From: Convolutriloba macropyga
Lineage: Eukaryota
Reading direction: 5' to 3'
Length of the DNA: 64,000 nt
NCBI RefSeq assembly: GCF_964194025.1
Contig: NC_134468.1
Coordinates: 32,240,001 to 32,304,000 of the forward strand
Shown: one piece after another, positions 1 to 8,797 of the stretch
How positions within the stretch are numbered: position 1 is the first letter of the stretch
Layout: every line of letters starts with the position of its first letter
Position numbers and translations under genes: made by a program
The notes under the pieces: model-generated
The model's input: only the letters and a program-made list of their open reading frames with translations
Databases searched by the model: none
What the model was told of the DNA's origin: nothing

Positions 1-126
1 CATAAAGTAATCAAATCGAACTTCCACAGTATCCATGTAGAATTAAGAAATGCTGCTGGACACCTTGTTACCTTCTTCCCTATTGGTCAAGTTCAACTTA
101 CTTTATTATTCCAGAAAAAATCTTGA
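1..126 (+). CDS. Polinton minor capsid protein (penton/PX), C-terminal fragment, 5'-truncated by the window
   Basis: Frame 1 translates HKVIKSNFHSIHVELRNAAGHLVTFFPIGQVQLTLLFQKKS*, resembling the conserved mCP C-terminus (F..I.I.LRD..G..I.F..G.V..TL.F). Lies directly upstream of MCP. Not in the ORF track. Confidence 0.75.
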   Translation, partial: HKVIKSNFHSIHVELRNAAGHLVTFFPIGQVQLTLLFQKKS

Positions 127-166
127 TCATTTCCTCAATTATCATTATAAAAAACGGTCGGCTAAA

Positions 167-1405
167 ATGAATTCCTTATCTCACTCTATGCTCGACTTTT
201 TTAGGAAAGTTCCAATTTTAGACCCAATTCTTTGGTCCAATGAACAACAAATATTTCCAACAAATTCCTTAAACGAGTCAACAATCGAATTTCAATTGGA
301 AACTGATCGTAATATTTTCACTGACTTGCGATCTACTCGATTATTCATCAGAGGAAGGGTTATTAAAGGCGATCGAACACGTTTGGATAATGCCGAAGAA
401 ACATTATTGGTAAACAATGCTCTTCATTCACTTTTCTCTAATTGCGAAGTCTATCTAAACAATGAACAAGTTCACAGTGCCAATTCTCTTTATGCTCATC
501 AAGCTTTTGTTTCTGCTGAGTTTTCAGGTACAAAAGGAACGAAGGAAAGCTTGTCTCAATGTCAAGGATATCGATACGAGATTGAGCCAAACGATTTTGC
601 TAAAAGACCATTTACAGATGTTGTTTTTCAAAAAGATAAAGATGAGTTTACTTTTTACGGTCCGTTGGCAATAGGTCTATTTGCTTGTGAAACTTTACTT
701 CTCCCAAATGTCAACCTCAGACTGAAGTTGATCCGGTCTTCTCCAGCGTTCTATATGATCGATACTGGTGGGCTGAACTCTGAGGCCTTAATTTTGGAAG
801 CTTGCCTTTTTACTAGACAGGTAGCAATCTCAGATAACTGGATGAGAAGTTTCAAAAGCAGACTGCTTCGAGAACCTGCCATATTTTACTATAATGAAGA
901 ACTTCCAAAGACGTTTATTATTCCCGCAGGACAGAACCAGTTTATACAAGAAAATATATTTTCAAACAAACCAATTCGAATGATTGATATTGCTATGAAT
1001 CTGAATAATGAGTTCAGTGGAACATACAACACGAATCCGTTCCATTTTCGTAAATTTGGTCTCCGGCAAGTTAAAATTGTGCGTGGGAATCAAACTATAG
1101 TCAACTTGAAAACAGAAAATCACGTGAGAGCTTATGCTGAAACAATGAAAGCACTCAAGTTTGATGATGACGGTCCTAACATTCAATACAAGGATTTTGA
1201 AAACCATTTTCATTTATTTTTCGATCTTACTTCAACACAGGAGGCCAATGTCGAAATGCATTTTCCTGATGTAGTTGGAGCAGGAATTCGTTTAGAGCTC
1301 TACTTTGCTAACAATTTGACCAATACTGTAGAATTATTCGTTAGTGGTGAACGTATAAGTTCAATTGCAATTGATAAGGAGGGATCAGTCACCAAAAATG
1401 GATAA
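167..1405 (+). CDS. Polinton major capsid protein (double jelly-roll, PY/hexon-like)
   Basis: Intact ORF with motifs NNALHSLFSNCEVYLN, LLPNVNLRLKLIRS, FSGTYNTNPFHF and FDLT. ATG 167 is preferred because the upstream extension overlaps the mCP gene. Confidence 0.88.
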   Translation: MNSLSHSMLDFFRKVPILDPILWSNEQQIFPTNSLNESTIEFQLETDRNIFTDLRSTRLFIRGRVIKGDRTRLDNAEETLLVNNALHSLFSNCEVYLNNEQVHSANSLYAHQAFVSAEFSGTKGTKESLSQCQGYRYEIEPNDFAKRPFTDVVFQKDKDEFTFYGPLAIGLFACETLLLPNVNLRLKLIRSSPAFYMIDTGGLNSEALILEACLFTRQVAISDNWMRSFKSRLLREPAIFYYNEELPKTFIIPAGQNQFIQENIFSNKPIRMIDIAMNLNNEFSGTYNTNPFHFRKFGLRQVKIVRGNQTIVNLKTENHVRAYAETMKALKFDDDGPNIQYKDFENHFHLFFDLTSTQEANVEMHFPDVVGAGIRLELYFANNLTNTVELFVSGERISSIAIDKEGSVTKNG

Positions 1406-1793
1406 TCAAAAACTCTTACATGTTGTCAACAGGTTCCCACACCTAAAGTTCAAATACCTCGGTTCCTTCCCTGCAGATCTTCGACCAAGATATTTACCTA
1501 CAAACACGTTTTGTTTAATCAACATAGATCCATCTACTCAACCGGGCTCCCACTGGATTTTGCTTGCGAATAAGAATGGAAAGTTGTTCTACGGAGATTC
1601 TATGGGAGAAATGTTGCAAAATTATGGTATCAAGACAAAATTAAACTTTGGTTCATTAGTACAGGAAAAACTCCAAGATTCAGAATTGTGTGGGTTATAT
1701 GCTATTTATTTTGCACATGTGCCATTTTCTAAAGTTTCGTCTAAATATTTAAATGATTTTCATATATTGAAGTTCTTTGCTGATGTTTTGTAA
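1398..1793 (+). CDS. Adenain-like (Ulp1 clan) cysteine maturation protease
   Basis: PGSHW (His), YGDSMG (Asp) and LQDSELCGLYAIYF (Gln/Cys) motifs. ATG 1398 overlaps the MCP stop (aaaATGgaTAA). Confidence 0.88.
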   Translation: MDNQKLLHVVNRFPHLKFKYLGSFPADLRPRYLPTNTFCLINIDPSTQPGSHWILLANKNGKLFYGDSMGEMLQNYGIKTKLNFGSLVQEKLQDSELCGLYAIYFAHVPFSKVSSKYLNDFHILKFFADVL

Positions 1794-2019
1794 GTTTTGA
1801 AAACCAAAATCTTTAAATGTTTGAACAATAATTCGTAAAATGATGCAAATGGTTTTCAAAACTTTAAAAGTTTGTAAATTTTATATTTAATTGATTGTAT
1901 GTGTATTTGTTTCTAATTCATTTGTTTAAAAAAAACGGCTTTTGTTAAAAAGAGATATTGGTAGGAAAACTGTGAATTAAAAACAGAGGCGATATAAATA
2001 TAAGACTGATGAAAACGAG

Positions 2020-5000
2020 TTATAAATCCAAAGGAGTAGTGTGAATACCATCTTCACAGACTTTACGCTTTGGATAAAAATATGACAGTCCCACTTTCTT
2101 TAGTTCATAGGTACAAATTTTCTTGTTGTCAACAACTCTGAAGCCACGATTTGTTGAATAAACTCGCTCCTCATTGAAGAGAACTTTTCTATACTTATTT
2201 AGGGGCTCCTCAATGTTGCTCTTGTTGAGTCCTTTACTTGATAGTTTAACTGTGTCTGTTTCCTCATCGTAACAGCAATACGTCTTTGAACAAAGAGCAA
2301 TCATTTCAGAGCATCTAAATTCTTCCTTAAAAAGTCCAGGAGTTCTTTTGTCAAAGGCAGCATGTTTTCTGCAACATTCTCGTGGGAAGAAATTGCTGCT
2401 AGAGTTTGCTGCAAAGTTATCATTGCAGTCGCTCTGTCTCATCCAGTACCACACTGATCGCATTTCTGGTCGAATGATGTCTTCAATTTTTTCTTCACTA
2501 AGGGCCATGTAGAGACTGTCGGTATCCATTTCAATGAGTTCGTACTTGTTCTTATCACAGAAAGGGGTGAAGAAGTTGTATTTAAGTTGTAACATGGTGA
2601 GTTTGGCGTACTGGAGGATGAAGAAGCCTACAATTATTGGCTCTTTATGATCGATACGCGACTTGCTCATTTCTACCTCATATATCTGCTCTGGTAGCTC
2701 ATTCATAGTCTTGAAAAACCTATTGTTAATAAATTTGTCCACCTGTGATCCTTTCACGTACTTGGTATTTGTATGTCGACTACGGTCCATGATCTGATAT
2801 CCATACGAACTGTTTCCAATCAGCTTCATTGTCTCCGCGACGACTGTTGACTCCTTATTCTGGTCTCCTTCGCGGCGGGCATCGACAACATTCTGAACAA
2901 ATGTCTCAAAGCAGCGTCGGGGAGTGTATCGAAGAAACCAAAAGACGTCTTTTAGGATCACACCTTTTTCTAGATAAAATAACAAAAGTGGTGTAATAAC
3001 TGGTCCTCGTTCAAGCTTGAAACTGGAAATGAGCATTTTTCTGGGTCTGGATAGTAATTTGTTGCGTTCTGCAAACTCTTTCATATGGTCCCCAATATCA
3101 TCTCGTCCCACTTCACAATTCTTGAAAATTGGAGGAAAGTCTTCAAAGTAAGGATACATTTCCTCTGGGACTTCAAGACTACAATCGACGACACCAAACA
3201 GTTCTCCACGTTTAATTTTCTCAATGAGCGAGTGCTTGTTCATCGCTGGTTGGAAGGGATAATTTGACTTGAGAAAGTCTTTAACCCCATTTGTGTTTTC
3301 GCTCCTCCACTTCTTCCATTGACACTCCCAGATCTCTTCAACATTCAACCCCAATCCCTTCAGGTACTCTCTTCTATCATTGTCACGTTCTCTTCGCTTC
3401 AATCCGCTTTCTATGTCCTCGAAGAGAAGCGGTTTTTCCTCTTGACACGGACAAAAATGAAAGAAGCAACCCATCGCTTCAAAAACCGTGTTGCAATGGT
3501 TACAAAACCCATCAACTAAATAAGGACCGAGCTTCTTTTGTTTCTTGTGTGTGAACTGGGTTTGTATTTTACAATTGGGGTGAACCTGTTGGAAGTAGTC
3601 CATGACCTGCTGTTCAAAGTAGCTTCTCCAGTTCCTGTTTGGATGAAATTTTTCAGTCTCTTCATTGTACTCCCACTTTGTATAGGGTCCTGTTGGCATC
3701 TCTTTTGTCATGGAAAAAGGGTACAACTGACTGGCATCTATTCCGACGATGGACTTGCAAACGTTTTCTGACTCTCGAATTTTTGTTTCACCAACTTTTG
3801 CATACCTTGTAAAGATAATTGAGGGTCCCCCTGTTAGCCACTTTCGAATGTAATTATCATATTCTTTATCCTTCTCACAAAACGGAAAAAAAGCTGCATC
3901 TGTTGACGAATGAAGGAACCTGTTCGCCAAGTTGGGAAGAGTGTAGCCCAACTTCAACATGTCTACTTGTCTTGAGTGGTAAAAACTGATCATTTTCTTC
4001 ATAGCCTCAAGTGTAGGTTCGACATCTTTGTTATTGTACCACATGAGGAAGTCACGAAACGTCTGCATACCTTTTCTTTCCCATATATTTTGGAGCTCCA
4101 AGTAATTTTCTTCGGCATTTTGTGGAACTTTCTTGAGTCTCAACTTCTTCAAAATTTCATCCTGCTCCATTCCACCGTTTTTCAATTCCACAAACTTATC
4201 GTAATCGACTGAAAGAACGTTGTGATTCTTCAACTTGCTCCAAAAGCTGTCAATTGGTGGCAGTTGGGATACTTTCAACTTCTTAATACTGTCGAACCAT
4301 TCATAGGGGAAGAAACCTTTCTCTTCACTCGCTCCATAGGCTTTTAGGAAATTATCCAGAGTTGTCGCTCCTCCCAGGAAGTTTAAAATGTCCAGAAACT
4401 GTAGACCAAGAAAATTCATGCCAATATATTTATTCCCCATTCGAATCACTTTAGGAATAACGTTTTTTTCTATTAAGAGGTGATGCAGAAGATACTCTTT
4501 TATTAGGTTTAAATCATACCGAGAGCTGTTGAATCCGAAAACAGGTATGGTACTGTAATAATTTTCAAAATCTTGTCTCAATTTTGATATCACCCTAAGC
4601 TCGCTTCTCAGTCTCCTAATTTCAAGATCTTCGTCTTCCTCCACCTCGGGTTCAGCTTCGTTCTCAAATAAGTCTTCCGCTCCGGTGGATACCTGCTTGT
4701 CTTTCACTGGAACCAGTTGTCGAAGAGCCCCATATTTTTCTTCCAATACCAGTACGAAATCATTGAGTTTCTCCCTCATTAGAAGCGTGCTCTTTTCCGC
4801 TATATTACTCAAGCTGGATACAAAATCACGGATTAGTTGAAGTGGATCTTCGTTGCAAATAAAAATTGGTTCGGAGAGCAGATTCGAGGATAATGAAACA
4901 ATAATGGGGACATGTTTTCCAACCCATGAAGTCAAATCTGTGTTTTTGAGTGTACTGTCGGGGACTGTTACTGACTCAAAATCGAATACGATAAGATGAG

Positions 5001-6348
5001 AAAACAATCTCAGCTCTTGCGGAACATTAATATTTGCATCTTCCAAACGTTCAAAAATAGTTTCAGATAACTGATAGGCTCCTGTTGGATATTTGTGTTG
5101 CGTGTTTTCTGAGCAGTTTTGCATGTGCCGCAATAAGTTGAAGGATCTGTTGAAAAATTGATCGCATACGTAGCATTGGAACTTTTTGAGGAACTTGTTG
5201 ATGTCTGCTGTCCAACAAATGTGATTTTCATATCTCAGTAACGAAGTTGTCTTTGAACGTTTCATCGAGGAGCGACGAGTAAGTTCAGCAAACATTTCCG
5301 ATTCTTCATCAAAAAAAATGGAGTAAATCTGAATATTTCTGTCAACTAGAGCCTCAAGAACAGGAATATCGTCTTCATGTATTCCTTGAAACGTTTCGTC
5401 ATTTCTCCGTGCCGCTGAGAGAAACATCCGCATCAATTCCATTGTTTTTTGTTGTAGCTCATTGCTACCATATAATTCATAGGCCAAGGAACGAAACATA
5501 CACAAATTGTCTTGATAAGGTTTGTTTTCGCAGTCAGATACAAAACATTTAACTATTGGACTCCTCAGTAAGGTTGATGGAATTGATTGTTCTATGCATC
5601 CTAGCGGAACACCACTAAGGAGAAATACAAAGAAAGTGACATTTGTAACACAATAAAACTTCCACTTTGTGTCTGGACGTTGATTAATTCGATTTGGTAA
5701 AAATTCATCTTGTCTCAACATCGATTTAATATAATTGAGATCTGAGTCATCAGAGAGAACCATGGGATTTGAGAATACGGGGTTGTTATCTGCTGCGTAG
5801 TAGTAGCGAAATTCATCAGGATTTTGCACACTCTGCAGCACGAATCCAAACGAAATATTGATTTTAGCTGAACTGGGTAACTCGTTGTAAACACAATCCA
5901 ATTTGTCGATCACTGTTTCATGGTTGATCTCCATTATTTTGAAGTTGTGAACTTTCTTTCTGGACAATTCAAGAACCGAGTCTCTCAGAAAGTGTTGAAC
6001 CGTTTGAAGTTCACTATGAAGAGCGGGAGAGTCTCCATAGATAGATAAGTCAACTTCCTCGTAGGTGCTAGGAATTGAACCTTGGTGACTGTTTTTTTTG
6101 TGATGAAGAAGTTGATAATATGTGGAGAACGTTGAATTGCAGCTGCCGCATGAAAACTTCTTCTTTTGAGTGAGAGATGGAGCATGTTTAGAAGCAATGT
6201 GACGCTGCAGTTTCTCGTCGTCTGGAAATGACTGGGAGCACTGTAAACATCTTTTTGCGTGAAGCTTCTGATGTCTGCTCATATTGGATTTCAAAATAAG
6301 CTTATCACAAGAATTGCAAAGTTCTTTTTGGTCCGACTTCCGAGGCAT
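2020..6348 (-). CDS. Protein-primed family B DNA polymerase (pPolB) with N-terminal C2H2 fingers, OTU-like domain and Vsr-like insert
   Basis: ExoI VFDFES, ExoII GFNSSRYD, ExoIII YNNKDV; Pol A DASQLYP, B KLIGNSSYG, C MDTDS. First true ATG is at 6348 (MPRKSDQK). No stops or frameshifts. Confidence 0.95.
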   Translation of the reverse strand: MPRKSDQKELCNSCDKLILKSNMSRHQKLHAKRCLQCSQSFPDDEKLQRHIASKHAPSLTQKKKFSCGSCNSTFSTYYQLLHHKKNSHQGSIPSTYEEVDLSIYGDSPALHSELQTVQHFLRDSVLELSRKKVHNFKIMEINHETVIDKLDCVYNELPSSAKINISFGFVLQSVQNPDEFRYYYAADNNPVFSNPMVLSDDSDLNYIKSMLRQDEFLPNRINQRPDTKWKFYCVTNVTFFVFLLSGVPLGCIEQSIPSTLLRSPIVKCFVSDCENKPYQDNLCMFRSLAYELYGSNELQQKTMELMRMFLSAARRNDETFQGIHEDDIPVLEALVDRNIQIYSIFFDEESEMFAELTRRSSMKRSKTTSLLRYENHICWTADINKFLKKFQCYVCDQFFNRSFNLLRHMQNCSENTQHKYPTGAYQLSETIFERLEDANINVPQELRLFSHLIVFDFESVTVPDSTLKNTDLTSWVGKHVPIIVSLSSNLLSEPIFICNEDPLQLIRDFVSSLSNIAEKSTLLMREKLNDFVLVLEEKYGALRQLVPVKDKQVSTGAEDLFENEAEPEVEEDEDLEIRRLRSELRVISKLRQDFENYYSTIPVFGFNSSRYDLNLIKEYLLHHLLIEKNVIPKVIRMGNKYIGMNFLGLQFLDILNFLGGATTLDNFLKAYGASEEKGFFPYEWFDSIKKLKVSQLPPIDSFWSKLKNHNVLSVDYDKFVELKNGGMEQDEILKKLRLKKVPQNAEENYLELQNIWERKGMQTFRDFLMWYNNKDVEPTLEAMKKMISFYHSRQVDMLKLGYTLPNLANRFLHSSTDAAFFPFCEKDKEYDNYIRKWLTGGPSIIFTRYAKVGETKIRESENVCKSIVGIDASQLYPFSMTKEMPTGPYTKWEYNEETEKFHPNRNWRSYFEQQVMDYFQQVHPNCKIQTQFTHKKQKKLGPYLVDGFCNHCNTVFEAMGCFFHFCPCQEEKPLLFEDIESGLKRRERDNDRREYLKGLGLNVEEIWECQWKKWRSENTNGVKDFLKSNYPFQPAMNKHSLIEKIKRGELFGVVDCSLEVPEEMYPYFEDFPPIFKNCEVGRDDIGDHMKEFAERNKLLSRPRKMLISSFKLERGPVITPLLLFYLEKGVILKDVFWFLRYTPRRCFETFVQNVVDARREGDQNKESTVVAETMKLIGNSSYGYQIMDRSRHTNTKYVKGSQVDKFINNRFFKTMNELPEQIYEVEMSKSRIDHKEPIIVGFFILQYAKLTMLQLKYNFFTPFCDKNKYELIEMDTDSLYMALSEEKIEDIIRPEMRSVWYWMRQSDCNDNFAANSSSNFFPRECCRKHAAFDKRTPGLFKEEFRCSEMIALCSKTYCCYDEETDTVKLSSKGLNKSNIEEPLNKYRKVLFNEERVYSTNRGFRVVDNKKICTYELKKVGLSYFYPKRKVCEDGIHTTPLDL

Positions 6349-6715
6349 CTCTGGAAAGAAAATAAACTGTAAGATTAGGAGTGAGAAAGGAGGAGTGAAA
6401 AAAATGTTAAAGTGGAAGTTGCGATGAAATAAAATATTTTTCAAAAGTTGTAATGATTATTGTTCTCAACTGCACTCAATTCTGTAAATCAGAAAAATGA
6501 AAATAAAACGGAAATGAAATGTCCTTTAATAAATATGACATAATTATAACAACACAATGACCTAATTGTGACGAGTCATGATGTAATTGTGATGTTATGA
6601 TTAATTGTGACTATAAAATAGTAACTAATTGTCTAATCACGTGAGAATTTTATGATTATTAATGGTTTTTTTAATTCAATAATTGGGTATATATTCCTAC
6701 CACAAAAACAGGTTT

Positions 6716-7334
6716 TAATAAAAGCAAACTTACGAGTTTCTTTTTTAGATTTAAAGGTGAAGTGAATAGTTGCAATATCTACTATAGGGGGCAGTTTTGG
6801 CTGGCTAAAATGATCCAGTTTAAATACAGGAACAAAGGAGGATTTCTATTTATTAAATTTGTTTGCTCACCCGCTTCAACACTCCAAGTGTTCAACTTGA
6901 AACTGACAACAAGGAGAAAGAAACAAACACTATCTGAAAAAAAGATAAATTAAACTAGAATTTGGATCAACTGATTTTTAGAAGTTGTTTGAAATAATGA
7001 ATAGGAGTAGTGGCTTGGGAATAGTACTGGCTTAATAAACGCAAACTTACCAGTTTTATTGTGGTCTTGGAATTGAAGTGATGTGTTGCAATATCTAATA
7101 TTTGGGGATATTTTGGCTGGCTAAAATGGTCCAATTTAAATACAGAAACAAAGGAAAATTTCAATTAATTGAAATTGTTTGCTTACCCGCTTCAACACTG
7201 CAAATTTTCAACTTGAAACTCTTCTTGCTGAAAGGAGAAAGAAACAAAGACTATCTGAAAAAGGAAAAATTAAACTAAAATTTTAACCAACTGATTTCTA
7301 GAAGTTGTTTGAAATAATGAATAGGAGTAGTGGC
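6716..7334. repeat. Two diverged direct repeats (~317 bp period) upstream of pPolB
   Basis: 6716-7016 vs 7032-7334 share gcaaacttac, ttttggctggctaaaatg, cccgcttcaacact and gaagttgtttgaaataatgaataggagtagtggct. Confidence 0.85.
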
Positions 7335-7354
7335 TAATATATGAGCGAGCCACA

Positions 7355-8060
7355 CTAATTTGTTATTGAGGGATTATCTTGCTAAACCCTTTCGTGTGAA
7401 CAGCGTGGGTATCATGCTGTGAGGCGCATTTTTGAAAAGTCGTACGTAACTGTAAATGAGTCATCCTACCTAATTTATTATTACAACATTATTCTGCTAA
7501 TCCCTTTCGTGTGAAAAGCTTGGGTATCATGCTGTGAGGTACGTCTTTGGAAATTGACACTAGTAAAGTCTAATATGGTAGTTGGTCAATGACCTTACTG
7601 ATTTGTTGTTAAGGCACTATCTTGCTAATCCCTTTCGCGAGAACAGCGTGGGTATCATACTGTGAGGTACATTTTTGAAAATCACGTCTAACGTACGTAA
7701 CTGTAAATGAGTCATCCTACCTAATTTATTATTAAAACATTATCCTGCTAATCACTTTCGTTAGAAAAGCTGGGGTATCAAGCTGTGAGGTACGTCTTTT
7801 GAAATTGTCATTAGTAAAGTGTAATATGGTAGGGGGTCAATGACCTTACTGATTTGTTGTTAAGGCACTATCTTGCTAATCCCCCTCGTGTGAACAGCTT
7901 GGGTGTCATGCTGTGAGGTACGTCTTTGGAAATTTACATTAATAAAGTGCAATATGGGAATGAGTGAATGACCTTACTAATTTAATATTAAGGGATTAAC
8001 TTGCTAATCCCCCTCGCTTGAACACCTTGGGTATCATGCTGTGAGGTACGTCTTTGGGAT
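7355..8060. repeat. Six ~115-128 bp tandem subterminal repeats, probably part of the Polinton TIR
   Basis: Core tgctaatccctttcgtgtgaacagc.tgggtatcatgctgtgaggtacgtcttt recurs near 7375, 7490, 7618, 7741, 7870 and 7998. Confidence 0.9.
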
Positions 8061-8175
8061 TTGAGGGAATATGGGCTATACGTAATCTTTATACATAGGT
8101 ACGTCTTTTTACCCCCGCCACTCTTGCTCACGATATACTACTGACCATGTGTCTGAAAAGTTTGATCTGTTTTAG

Positions 8176-8797
8176 CCAGCAGCAATTTGATAAACACGAT
8201 CCTTTTTTTCACCCATCAATGCTCGAAAATCCCTGGGCGGGTCTGGAGGAAGATTTTGAAGAAGTGAGGGAAGATTTGTTGGAAAATGCGGAAGAATTAA
8301 TTCTGACTATTCCTATGACCATATCAAATTGGATGAGAAAAATACCACTGGACAATGAGATGAGAGAAAATATGTCGCATGACCAGAAAGTCAACCCGAA
8401 TGCGACAGGTGATGTTAGAAGCATTGCTAAGTTAGCCGACACTGTCAATCAAATAGAGCAACAACTCAAAAGTGACGGACTTTATGCGCAGAGGCATAAC
8501 GCTGAAACCAAAGATACTGAGCAACCAGAAATAAAAGTGGAACAGAAGCTTTTGCAGCCATCGGACTTCGAAATGGAACAGCATAGTAGCCTGCCCGATA
8601 ATTCTAACGAGACCATAGATCAAACGGAAACATTGAGCGTGTCAATTGATAACAGTAGTCCACTGAGACCTTCAATGTTCAATCGGAAATCAATCAACGA
8701 CTCGATTTCTTCCATCCAATCACCTCCCAAAATGAGCAGCCAGCCGGCTACTCCTGACAGAGTTGTAAAACCTCATCCTGTCATACCACAGGAGTGA
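8176..8797 (+). CDS. MPLKIP: Terminal exon of a host gene carrying an MPLKIP/TTDN1-type motif
   Basis: FFHPSMLENPWAGLE resembles the conserved MPLKIP motif YFKPSMLEDPWAGLE. Preceded by acceptor tgttttag at 8175. ~200 codons open to TGA 8797. Confidence 0.55.

Larger units (their letters stand above)
1..8142. mobile_element. Polinton/Maverick (adintovirus-like endogenous DNA virus), right arm; left part lies outside the window
   Basis: Contains mCP, MCP, adenain protease and pPolB genes. Subterminal repeats are followed by ACTACT at 8137-8142, the canonical Polinton 3' terminus (inverse of AGTAGT). Host-like sequence begins immediately after. Confidence 0.93.

Noticed and set aside
50-166. 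MCP N-terminal extension from ATG 50
   Set aside because: Overlaps the mCP C-terminus in another frame; MCP-like sequence begins near ATG 167.
6349-6444. Hydrophobic N-terminal extension of pPolB
   Set aside because: Starts at TTG and is the translation of a polypyrimidine tract/branch-point region.
7355-8060. Regularly spaced repeats resembling a CRISPR array
   Set aside because: The intervening segments are themselves repeated, units are ~120 bp, there are no cas genes and the context is a eukaryotic Polinton terminus.
8147-8175. ATG 8147 as the start of a single-exon gene
   Set aside because: Lies in the predicted TSD 5 nt from the Polinton end and upstream of a clear acceptor; more likely intronic.
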